Shown here in pieces: positions 1-7,882 of a DNA stretch of 64,000 nt. This stretch comes from Alphaproteobacteria bacterium (GTDB taxonomy: Bacteria > Pseudomonadota > Alphaproteobacteria > Paracaedibacterales > VGCI01). The notes beneath the pieces are model-generated. The model made no database searches and was not told the DNA's origin. It saw only the letters and a program-made list of their open reading frames with translations. Both the position numbers and the translations under genes were made by a program. Numbering within the stretch: position 1 is the first letter of the stretch; every line of letters begins with the position of its first letter. The stretch is from assembly GCA_019746225.1 (NCBI GenBank), contig JAIESE010000011.1:7-64006 (forward strand), read 5' to 3'.

Positions 1-345
1 TTATACGTTAGCAATTTGGCTTTTGCCATGTCCGATTCAACTTTAGAAGAGTTGTTTGGATCCGTCGGTCAAGTTGTGTCTGCAAAAGTAATCACGGATC
101 GTGATACTGGACGCAGCAAAGGTTTCGGTTTCGTTGAGATGTCAACAGACGCAGAAGCTGCCGATGCAATTGAAAAATTGAACGGTACAGAAGTTTTGGG
201 ACGCGCGATTGGCGTTTCTGAAGCTCGTCCACAACAACCACGTGAAAGTCGCGGTTTTGGTGGCGGCGGTGGAAATGGTGGTGGCCGTGGCGGCCCTGGT
301 GGACGCAGTTCCTCCGGTGGCGGATACAGCCGTTCCGGCTTCTAA
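1..345 (+). CDS. RRM-type glycine-rich RNA-binding protein (5' end off window)
   Basis: The frame is open back to nt 1. LYVSNL (RNP-2-like) precedes the track's TTG at 16. KGFGFVEM is an RNP-1 octamer. The C-terminal tail is Gly/Arg-rich (GGGGGNGGGRGGPGG). A hairpin terminator follows. Confidence 0.85.
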   Translation, partial: LYVSNLAFAMSDSTLEELFGSVGQVVSAKVITDRDTGRSKGFGFVEMSTDAEAADAIEKLNGTEVLGRAIGVSEARPQQPRESRGFGGGGGNGGGRGGPGGRSSSGGGYSRSGF

Positions 346-370
346 TTTTAGAAGTTTAAACGAAATGACA

Positions 371-401
371 AAGAGGCAGGATTTTTCCTGCCTCTTTTTT
401 T
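371..401 (+). terminator. Rho-independent terminator after the RRM gene
   Basis: 10-bp stem aagaggcagg / cctgcctctt, loop attttt, followed by a T-run. Confidence 0.75.
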
Positions 402-448
402 ACATTCTAACGAGCCGAACAGCCAGATTATCTTTCAGCCCCTACATG

Positions 449-742
449 TTACCACCGAGGATACTGATAAGGAGACTGATAGGGTTGATTATAACGATAC
501 TGTCGATGGTATCGATACTGTTTGGGTGGATAATATCTATGGCAAGGGTCCCCATATGCCCGTCGATACCATTTACATCCTTTGGAACATGGATAGTTGC
601 GACAATACCCATAACTATTCCGAATGAGCAAGATATCTCCATCTTTATAGGAATGAACAGGTGTTTGATACCCCGTTGCATCTGCTGAGCCAATTGTTAA
701 TAACCCTAATGCCCCAACAATAAAAATATTTCTTAAAAGCAT
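449..742 (-). CDS. small secreted Tyr/Arg-rich, 4-Cys protein (hypothetical)
   Basis: Start trimmed to the internal ATG at 742, which is preceded by GGGAGAT (SD). The signal-peptide-like N-terminus is MLLRNIFIVGALGLLTIGSADA. The mature part is low-complexity (QYRYHRQYRYNQPYQSPYQYP). I recognise no homolog. Confidence 0.45.
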   Translation of the reverse strand: MLLRNIFIVGALGLLTIGSADATGYQTPVHSYKDGDILLIRNSYGYCRNYPCSKGCKWYRRAYGDPCHRYYPPKQYRYHRQYRYNQPYQSPYQYPRW

Positions 743-900
743 GGCATATCTCCCAAATTCATAACTCTTCACTCCATAAGATAGGATTTTTTAACTAAGT
801 TTCAATACCTGTTGAAGATTGTCTTGAACAACAGGCCTTCTATAGGCCATAAATAGGCCATGAACTTACAAGAATACTCACCAATTAAAGAGGAAAAGAA

Positions 901-1722
901 ATGACACAAACAGCATCAAATACTGGATTAATGGCTGGCAAGCGTGGAATCGTCATGGGACTTGCAAACGATCATTCGCTTGCCTGGGGAATATCAAGGC
1001 AACTAGCGGCTCAAGGCGCCGAGATTGCTTTTACTTTTCAATCTGAAGCCTTAGAAAAGCGTGTTCGCCCTCTTGCCCAATCTCTTGGATTCGACTTTGT
1101 CCTCCCTTGTGACGTGGGCACCGAAGGCGACATCGCTCGCACATTTGCTGCTCTTAAAGAAAAATGGGGCACGATTGACTTTGTCGTCCATGCCATTGCT
1201 TACGCAGATAAGGAAGAGCTTAAAGGAAAATATGCGGAAACCTCACGCAAGAACTTCCTGAATTCCCTCGACATTTCTTGCTATTCCTTTACAGAAACCT
1301 GCCGTGAGGCCGCCAAATTGATGCCAGATGGAGGCAACATCATCACCTTGACCTACCACGGTGCGCAACGAGTGATGCCCCATTATAACGTCATGGGCAT
1401 TGCAAAAGCCGCCCTTGAGGCCAGCGTGAAATATTTAGCGGTCGATTTTGGGGGTCAAAACATTCGGGTCAACGCCATATCAGCCGGTCCTGTCAAAACC
1501 CTGGCAGCATCAGGCATTGGTGACTTTCGTTATATTTTGCAATGGAATCAATACAACTCCCCCCTCAAGCGTAATACCACCCTTGATGATGTCGGGGGTG
1601 CAAGTGTTTATCTCTTAAGCAACCTTTCCAGCGGTGTGACAGGGGAAATTCATTATGTGGATAGCGGTTACCATGTCGTTGGCATGAAAGCCGTGGATGC
1701 CCCGGATATAGCCACAGTCTAG
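901..1722 (+). CDS. fabI: enoyl-[acyl-carrier-protein] reductase (NADH), FabI
   Basis: 273 aa. N-terminal dinucleotide-binding loop GIVMGLANDHSLAWGI. The YNVMGIAKAALEASVKYLA Tyr/Lys active-site region and overall length are typical of FabI. Confidence 0.9.
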   Translation: MTQTASNTGLMAGKRGIVMGLANDHSLAWGISRQLAAQGAEIAFTFQSEALEKRVRPLAQSLGFDFVLPCDVGTEGDIARTFAALKEKWGTIDFVVHAIAYADKEELKGKYAETSRKNFLNSLDISCYSFTETCREAAKLMPDGGNIITLTYHGAQRVMPHYNVMGIAKAALEASVKYLAVDFGGQNIRVNAISAGPVKTLAASGIGDFRYILQWNQYNSPLKRNTTLDDVGGASVYLLSNLSSGVTGEIHYVDSGYHVVGMKAVDAPDIATV

Positions 1723-1841
1723 GCTCATGCCCAAGTAAACTAAAGAGCTATCCCTAGACTCTCGCGTTTGTTAAGGAAATGGTAAGGCGAATTAAGATAT
1801 CTTTGTCCTATAACCTGGCTTTTTAACATCGGGAGTCGTCA

Positions 1842-3587
1842 ATGCGTCGCTTTATTACGGGTATTTTTGCAACTCTAGGGGCATTTACCTTTATTTTTAT
1901 AGTAGCCTTTGGTTGGTCGGCCTACCTTGCCTCTTCTCCCACGATACCATCCGCATCCCCTACTGAAGCTATTGTTTTGAACCTATCCTTAGGCGATCGG
2001 CTCGCTGAACAACCCAGTAATCTCGGGATTTCTTCGCTTGTGCTGGGGCGTCCCCTTTCCGTTTACACAGTGGTTTCTGGTATCATTCAAGCTACCAAAG
2101 ATAAGAATGTTTCTGGGATTTTGCTAACCCTTGAAGGGAATGGTCTACAAATCGCAACCATTCAAGAAATTCGGGCGGCCCTCAAGAATTTTAAAGCGGC
2201 AGGAAAATTCATATACACCTATACGGATACATTTGGTGAGCTCTCTAATGCCACAAAAAGCTACTATCTTGCAGCAATATCCTCAAAAATTTGGGTGATG
2301 CCCATGGGTAGCTTTAACATCAATGGATTGTTCTTTGAAGCCCCATTTGCCAAGAAGGCCTTGGAAGACTTGAAAATTCGTCCCCAAGTTGGTCGCCGTG
2401 AGGAATACAAGGGATTTATTGAATCTTTGACAGAAAGTGACTTTACGGGCCCTCACAAAGAAAATATGCAGCGCATTCTAAATTCTCTTGCCGGCCAAAT
2501 TATTGCAGATGTGGCGGCTGATCGGGGATTAGAGATCGAGGAAGTCAAAGGCCTTATCAACACAGCCCCCCACACCCTCAAAGAAGCTTTGAAGACAAAA
2601 ATGATCGATGAGATCGGCTATAAAGACCAAGTCAAAGAGAGCATCGCCAAATTAACAGGCAAGAAACCAATCTACTATGACTTTGAAGCCTACGCCCAAG
2701 GTATCCCTGATTTTTCAAAAGGTGAGAAAATTGCCATTGTGTATGCCGAAGGAACAATTGCGCGTGGAAAAGCGGTCCAAAACCCTCTCATGGATGATGC
2801 AATGATTGATGCGGTTGAAGTTGCCAAAATCATACGTGAATCCGGTGAAAACAAAGACATTAAAGCAATTATCTTACGCATTGACTCAGGTGGAGGTAAT
2901 CCGATCGCCTCTGATTTAATTAACCGGGAAGTCAGTCGCTTGAAAACCAAAAAACCTGTGATCGCCTCTATGGCAGACGCTGCTGCTTCTGGTGGTTATT
3001 ATATTGCCAGCAATGCCCGAAAGATTGTTGCCCAACCTGCTACAATTACGGGGTCCATTGGAGTCTTTTCAGGTAAACTTGTCACCCAAGAATTTTGGGA
3101 TCATTATGGAGTGCACTGGGGTGATGTAAGCTATGGAACCAATGCAGCCATGTGGTCAACAAGTACAGTCTTTTCTGATGAGGGCAAGAAGAAATTTGAA
3201 CGACATTTAGATCATGTCTACACCACTTTCCAAGAACAGGTCGTCAAAGGTCGTGGCCTTGACCCTGAGAAAGTACACCAAATTGCCAAGGGACAAATCT
3301 GGACTGGTCTCGAGGCCAAAGAAAATGGCCTTGTTGATGCGATCGGTGGGCTCATGATGGCGATTGATATTGCAAAGAAGGAGGCTGGGATTGCCGCTGA
3401 TGCCCCCGTTACCCTTCTTCAACTCCCTGCCCCCAAATCATTTGTGGACGTGATGTTTGACCGGAATCGGAATACCGAGACCGCAATATTTGCCCGGTAT
3501 CCGACTTTACGTATGATTTTGAAACGCCTAGATGATATCTTCTCGACCCCAAGTGTTGAGATGAAAGTGAATCTGCCAAAACCATAA
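1842..3587 (+). CDS. sppA: signal peptide peptidase SppA (67K type, peptidase S49)
   Basis: 581 aa. N-terminal TM segment and two tandem S49-like halves. The DSGGGNP and AASGGYYIA motifs are characteristic of SppA. Confidence 0.85.
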   Translation: MRRFITGIFATLGAFTFIFIVAFGWSAYLASSPTIPSASPTEAIVLNLSLGDRLAEQPSNLGISSLVLGRPLSVYTVVSGIIQATKDKNVSGILLTLEGNGLQIATIQEIRAALKNFKAAGKFIYTYTDTFGELSNATKSYYLAAISSKIWVMPMGSFNINGLFFEAPFAKKALEDLKIRPQVGRREEYKGFIESLTESDFTGPHKENMQRILNSLAGQIIADVAADRGLEIEEVKGLINTAPHTLKEALKTKMIDEIGYKDQVKESIAKLTGKKPIYYDFEAYAQGIPDFSKGEKIAIVYAEGTIARGKAVQNPLMDDAMIDAVEVAKIIRESGENKDIKAIILRIDSGGGNPIASDLINREVSRLKTKKPVIASMADAAASGGYYIASNARKIVAQPATITGSIGVFSGKLVTQEFWDHYGVHWGDVSYGTNAAMWSTSTVFSDEGKKKFERHLDHVYTTFQEQVVKGRGLDPEKVHQIAKGQIWTGLEAKENGLVDAIGGLMMAIDIAKKEAGIAADAPVTLLQLPAPKSFVDVMFDRNRNTETAIFARYPTLRMILKRLDDIFSTPSVEMKVNLPKP

Positions 3588-3671
3588 GAGGAATCTGTTG
3601 ATTGGTTTGTCGACAAAAGCCAACAGGTCCTCTATGATTCATTAGATGAACACTGAATTTGGAGTGCCCAA

Positions 3672-4229
3672 ATGGCTCTTACCCCCTCTTTCATGATCCC
3701 CTTAGGAACGGTCGCGCCAGATTTTAAGCTCCTAAACCCCCTTACTAATAAAATTGACTCTCTTCAGGATCTAAAATCCCCAAAAGGGACCGTCGTCATG
3801 TTCATTTGTAATCACTGCCCGTTTGTGATACATGTCCTTCCTGAGCTGTTAAAGCTCACAAAATACTACGGTGAACAAGGGGTTTCCTTTATTGCCATCA
3901 GTTCAAACGATCCTGTCTCCCATCCCCAAGATGGACCATCCCACATGGCCGAGCTTGCCAAATCCCTCAATTTCACGTTTCCATATCTCTTTGATGACAC
4001 CCAAGAGGTCGCCAAAGCCTACGAAGCGACGTGCACGCCCGACTTCTTTGTGTTTGATGGCGCATTAAAATGTGTATACCGGGGACAACTGGACGATTCA
4101 CGTCCCAACAACGGCGTTCCGCTTAGCGGTCAAGACCTTCGTTCGGCCCTCGATGGTCTATTGTCGAGCAATCCGATTTCCCCAGAGCAAAAACCCAGCA
4201 TGGGATGCAATATAAAGTGGAAAAATTAG
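3672..4229 (+). CDS. thioredoxin-fold redoxin (AhpC/TSA-like thiol-disulfide oxidoreductase)
   Basis: 185 aa. CNHCPF redox motif in a thioredoxin-like context (VVMFICNHCPFV ... FIAISSND). Confidence 0.7.
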   Translation: MALTPSFMIPLGTVAPDFKLLNPLTNKIDSLQDLKSPKGTVVMFICNHCPFVIHVLPELLKLTKYYGEQGVSFIAISSNDPVSHPQDGPSHMAELAKSLNFTFPYLFDDTQEVAKAYEATCTPDFFVFDGALKCVYRGQLDDSRPNNGVPLSGQDLRSALDGLLSSNPISPEQKPSMGCNIKWKN

Positions 4230-4353
4230 CAGTTTTTCGAATTAATTTCTTGACATAAGCTGCCAATAACGTTAGACAAAATAGGTACGTGTCTTTTCAT
4301 GAACGTATCATGAGAAATATATATTGTCCTTTATTTTTGGGAAAGTGACCCCC

Positions 4354-4668
4354 ATGTTTGCAGTGATTAAAACCGGTGGTAAGCAATATACCGTCCACGA
4401 AAATGATGTTCTTTGGGTTGAGAAGCTCGAAGCAGAACCAGGTACTTCCATTGATTTAACCGACGTTTTAATGATCGGCGATGGTAAAAATGTAACCGTT
4501 GGCAAACCAACGATTGCTGGTGCTAAGATTAAAGCAACAGTCGTTGAGCAAATGCGTGACCGAAAGGTGATCATCTTTAAGAAGAAGCGTCGCCACAACT
4601 ATCGTCGCAAAAAAGGACATCGCCAACATTTGACTGTTTTGAAGATTGAGAAAATTGTAGCAGCGTAA
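4354..4668 (+). CDS. rplU: 50S ribosomal protein L21
   Basis: [14 protein letters not shown]... is the canonical L21 N-terminus. Start trimmed from the track's 4324 to the ATG at 4354. Confidence 0.95.
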   Translation: MFAVIKTGGKQYTVHENDVLWVEKLEAEPGTSIDLTDVLMIGDGKNVTVGKPTIAGAKIKATVVEQMRDRKVIIFKKKRRHNYRRKKGHRQHLTVLKIEKIVAA

Positions 4669-4700
4669 TAGTCTGCTCCACAGGATATAGGAGATAAGTA

Positions 4701-4970
4701 ATGGCACAAAAAAAGGGTGGTGGTAGTACCAGCAACGGACGCGACTCAGAAGGTCGACGCCTTGGCGTTAAGAAATTTGGACAAGAACATGTTTTGGCTG
4801 GCAACATTATCGTTCGCCAACGGGGCACAAAATTCCATCCTGGCAAGAATGTTGGCATGGGTAAAGACCATACCTTGTTTGCCTTGATCGAAGGTGTAGT
4901 TGAATTCAAGCGCGGTCAAAAGGATCGCTCATTTGTATCTGTTCTACCCGCTTCATCTACAATCCATTAA
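4701..4970 (+). CDS. rpmA: 50S ribosomal protein L27
   Basis: [27 protein letters not shown]...[15 protein letters not shown] is the canonical L27 sequence. It lies directly after rplU. Confidence 0.95.
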   Translation: MAQKKGGGSTSNGRDSEGRRLGVKKFGQEHVLAGNIIVRQRGTKFHPGKNVGMGKDHTLFALIEGVVEFKRGQKDRSFVSVLPASSTIH

Positions 4971-4984
4971 ACTCTAAAACTCAA

Positions 4985-5019
4985 CCCCCAGGTTGATTTT
5001 TTAACCTGGGGGATTTCTT
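4985..5019 (+). terminator. Rho-independent terminator after rpmA
   Basis: Stem cccccaggtt / aacctggggg, loop gatttttt, tail atttctt. It ends 4 nt before the next start codon. Confidence 0.65.
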
Positions 5020-5022
5020 AAA

Positions 5023-5553
5023 ATGATTACCTTTCGAAAAGCAACTCTTCCCGATCTTCCCCTGCTCGATTCCTGGCTCCAAAAGCCTCATGTGAGAGAA
5101 TTTTGGGACAATAGTGAACGTCAATACACCAACATGAAAAACTATCTTGAAGGCACCAAACACATCCATGACTATTATATCGGGCTCATGGACGGGGCAC
5201 CCTACTGCCTCCTGTTAACATGCAATGAGACCATAGAACCAGATACCCCCCTTCCTTACCTCCCCTATCTCTCGAAAGACCGCAACATCCACTCCCTTGA
5301 TTTCATGATTGGGGAAGAGGCATATTTGAGCAAGGGCTTTGGTCCCCAAACATTGCAGGCGTTTTGCTTATACATACAACAGCATGATCCCTTAAGCACC
5401 CGCTTTATTATTGATCCCCAGAGCAACAACCCGCGCGCGATTCATGTGTATGAAAAGGCGGGTTTTCAAAAGGTGGGCACCTTTACTCCTGAGGAGGGAG
5501 AATTTGCCGGCATATTAACCCATATCATGGTGAAGGACTTGGAAATAAAATGA
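5023..5553 (+). CDS. GNAT acetyltransferase of the AAC(6')-Ib-like (Acetyltransf_8) type
   Basis: 176 aa. From memory, ITFRKATLPDLPLLDSWLQKPHVREFWD and IDPQSNNPRAIHVYEKAGFQKVG align with the AAC(6')-Ib motifs (LRLMTEHDLAMLYEWLNRSHIVEWW; DPSPSNLRAIRCYEKAGFERQG). The substrate is not established. Confidence 0.7.
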   Translation: MITFRKATLPDLPLLDSWLQKPHVREFWDNSERQYTNMKNYLEGTKHIHDYYIGLMDGAPYCLLLTCNETIEPDTPLPYLPYLSKDRNIHSLDFMIGEEAYLSKGFGPQTLQAFCLYIQQHDPLSTRFIIDPQSNNPRAIHVYEKAGFQKVGTFTPEEGEFAGILTHIMVKDLEIK

Positions 5554-6398
5554 AAAATAAGTTATACAACATCTTTGTTTTGATACTGATCGCAGCCGCT
5601 TTCAATTTCTCCCACGGCGCTGAAGGTACGCAGCCGCATTCTGGCCTTGTCGTGAAAAGAAACCATGAGATTATCCTGAACATCGGAAAGACTAAAGAGC
5701 GTCACGCCCCCTTTTCCACCTTTAAAGTTCCCCTAGCCCTTATGGGGTTTGATGCAAAAATCTTAGAATCGAAAGATTCCCCAAAATGGGCCTTTCGGGA
5801 AGAATATGAGAAGAATTTCCAAAGCTGGTACACTCGGGAAAAGGGGTTGGAATATCATTGGTGTGAAGACCACACTCCCCTAACGTTCATGAAAAACTCA
5901 GTTGTTTGGTATTCCCATCTCATTACACAAAAGCTGGGAAAAGAGAAGTTCGAGGATTATGTCTCAAGGCTCAACTATGGAAATGGCAATGTTTCGGGAA
6001 CACCTGGAAAGGACGACGGTCTCTTCAACAGTTGGCTCGGGACTTCTCTCGAAATCTCTCCCATAGAGCAGGTTGAGTTCCTTGAAAAGCTTCTCGCTAA
6101 CGAGCTTCCGTTCTCCAAGGACGCCATGGAAAAGACAAGAGAGATTATGGATCGCGACGAGGCCTGGGATGGCTGGAAGCTATACGGTAAAACAGGTGGT
6201 GGCAGCGGGGGCAATGGATGGTTTATTGGATGGATTGAAAAGGACGGAGAACGGCTCGTCTTTGCTCAATACCTTGATAAAGCAGACCCAGGTCTTGATT
6301 TGACGGGACTGCCTGTTCATAAATCCGTTGGCCTCACTGCCAAGGAAATAATCAAACGAGACGTCTTGAAATATTTGGGCGTATCGGGGGAGAAATAG
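5550..6398 (+). CDS. class D (OXA-type) beta-lactamase-like protein
   Basis: 282 aa with a signal peptide. All class D boxes are present in order: STFK (PFSTFKVPLAL), SxV (NSVVWYS), YGN (LNYGNGN), KTG (YGKTGGG) and the WFIGWIE box. The start overlaps the upstream stop (ATGA). Confidence 0.85.
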   Translation: MKNKLYNIFVLILIAAAFNFSHGAEGTQPHSGLVVKRNHEIILNIGKTKERHAPFSTFKVPLALMGFDAKILESKDSPKWAFREEYEKNFQSWYTREKGLEYHWCEDHTPLTFMKNSVVWYSHLITQKLGKEKFEDYVSRLNYGNGNVSGTPGKDDGLFNSWLGTSLEISPIEQVEFLEKLLANELPFSKDAMEKTREIMDRDEAWDGWKLYGKTGGGSGGNGWFIGWIEKDGERLVFAQYLDKADPGLDLTGLPVHKSVGLTAKEIIKRDVLKYLGVSGEK

Positions 6399-6413
6399 AG
6401 GCGTCTGAAGACA

Positions 6414-6447
6414 CAAAAAAACCGGGGAAAACCCCGGTTTCTTCTAA
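6414..6447. terminator. bidirectional Rho-independent terminator between convergent genes
   Basis: An A-run precedes the stem aaccgggg / ccccggtt (loop aaaa), and T-rich tttcttct follows. It sits between the beta-lactamase-like gene (+) and rpmG (-). Confidence 0.75.
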
Positions 6448-6463
6448 AACAAATATTACTGTC

Positions 6464-6631
6464 TTATTTAATCTTCGTCTCTTTAAACAAGACGTGCTTA
6501 CGAACCACTGGATCATATTTGCGAAACTCAAACTTCTCAGGCTTCTTTCGTGGATTTTTTGAAGCCACATAAAAATATCCCGTATCCGCTGTGCTGAGCA
6601 TCTTAATTGCGATCGTTGCTGCTTTAGCCAT
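6464..6631 (-). CDS. rpmG: 50S ribosomal protein L33
   Basis: Not in the ORF track (55 aa). My manual reverse-complement translation is [55 protein letters not shown], a canonical L33. AAGGAG sits 8 nt upstream of the ATG. Confidence 0.9.
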   Translation of the reverse strand: MAKAATIAIKMLSTADTGYFYVASKNPRKKPEKFEFRKYDPVVRKHVLFKETKIK

Positions 6632-6682
6632 AATTTATACTCCTTTAAATAAGTGTGGATCTGGGATCCACACCACAATATC

Positions 6683-7192
6683 TTAACGTTTAGAGAACTG
6701 GAAGCGACGACGAGCTTTGCGTTGACCATACTTCTTACGTTCAACAACACGACTGTCACGCGTCAGGAAGCCTTCATGCTTCAAGACAGGACGTAAATCC
6801 GGCTCAAAGTATGTTAAGGCCTTGCTGATGCCATGACGAACCGCACCGGCTTGACCGGACAATCCACCACCAACAACCGTACACCAAACATCAAACTGAC
6901 CGCTGCGATTGGCAACCTGCATGGGTTGAGCAAGCATCATCTGTAAAACAGGACGTGCAAAATATTGGGCACTTCCTTTTCCATTCACAACAATTTGACC
7001 TTTACCTGGTTTAATCCAAACACGGGCAATGGCGTTTTTACGCTTTCCCGTTGCATAGGAGCGCCCTTGGGCATCAATCTTTGGGAGAACTGGTTCACTT
7101 GGATTCGCGTCTGCACTCTTTGCAGTCGCAGCTGTCGGTGTTTCATTAACAGCCGTTTTCAAATCTTCTAAAGCAATTTTTTCACGTGCCAC
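6683..7192 (-). CDS. rpsI: 30S ribosomal protein S9
   Basis: 169 aa, ending ...[12 protein letters not shown]. It has an N-terminal extension before the conserved [11 protein letters not shown] core and lies downstream of rplM. Confidence 0.95.
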   Translation of the reverse strand: MAREKIALEDLKTAVNETPTAATAKSADANPSEPVLPKIDAQGRSYATGKRKNAIARVWIKPGKGQIVVNGKGSAQYFARPVLQMMLAQPMQVANRSGQFDVWCTVVGGGLSGQAGAVRHGISKALTYFEPDLRPVLKHEGFLTRDSRVVERKKYGQRKARRRFQFSKR

Positions 7193-7194
7193 GA

Positions 7195-7659
7195 TTATAT
7201 ACTCCTTTTATTCTTAGGATTCAGGGCCGCAACATCTAAGTTCTCAGGGTTTTGACCAGCGTGAGGATGGGCTGCACCTGCATAAACTTTCAAATTTCCC
7301 ATAATTTGACGCCCGAGAGGGCCACGAGGAATCATCCGCTCAACGGCTTTTTCAATGACGCGCTCTGGGTGCTTTCCTTCAAGAATCGTCCCAACAGCGC
7401 GCTCTTTAATACCTCCAGGATATCCTGTGTGCCAGTAGAACTTCTTGTCTTTGAGTTTATTGCCCGTCAGCTTCACTTTTTCTGCGTTGACGATCACAAC
7501 ATTGTCGCCGCAATCTACGTGAGGCGTAAACGTAGGCTTGTTTTTCCCACGCAAAATGTTCGCAACGACCACGGCGAGGCGACCCAAAATGAGGTCTTGC
7601 GCATCAATGAGAAGCCACTTCTTCTTCACATCTGCTGGTTTTATGGAGATTGTCTTCAT
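7195..7659 (-). CDS. rplM: 50S ribosomal protein L13
   Basis: 154 aa. [18 protein letters not shown]...YWHTGYPGG is the canonical L13 sequence. Confidence 0.95.
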   Translation of the reverse strand: MKTISIKPADVKKKWLLIDAQDLILGRLAVVVANILRGKNKPTFTPHVDCGDNVVIVNAEKVKLTGNKLKDKKFYWHTGYPGGIKERAVGTILEGKHPERVIEKAVERMIPRGPLGRQIMGNLKVYAGAAHPHAGQNPENLDVAALNPKNKRSI

Positions 7660-7818
7660 TTAATTTCTGTCCATTTTATTAACACATTGATTATGGTTTA
7701 GGACATTTAAGGTGTCAGGTCAAGCGTAAAATGCTTTGTTTTCATGGTTTTTTGGACAATGGTATTATAGTACCATAAATATCTGGTCTCTCAATATATT
7801 CTGAAAATTGGGTCTTTT

Positions 7819-7856
7819 GGGACGCGAACAATCTTAATGTAAGATTCACGCGTCCC
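7819..7856 (-). terminator. nested stem-loop downstream of the 1108-aa gene (possible non-canonical terminator)
   Basis: Outer stem gggacgcg ... cgcgtccc encloses an inner stem aatctta / taagatt. There is no U-run on either strand, so the function is uncertain. Confidence 0.35.
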
Positions 7857-7882
7857 TAAATTCACATTGTCCGCTATATTTA

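Noticed and set aside
209-688. 159-aa plus-strand ORF and 83-aa minus-strand ORF (442..693)
   Set aside because: The plus ORF overlaps the RRM gene out of frame and crosses its terminator. Both compete with the 449..742 ORF, which alone has an SD and a signal peptide. Neither has a recognisable motif.
5023-6447. Idea that the AAC(6')-like/OXA-like pair is an integron cassette array
   Set aside because: The two genes overlap (ATGA), so there is no room for an attC site between them. The downstream hairpin is a plain GC stem with a T-run and lacks the RYYYAAC/GTTRRRY core sites. No intI or attI is present in the window.
6352-6759. 135-aa minus-strand ORF
   Set aside because: It spans a strong bidirectional terminator and overlaps both rpmG and the rpsI 3' end in the wrong frame. 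It is explained by those genes.
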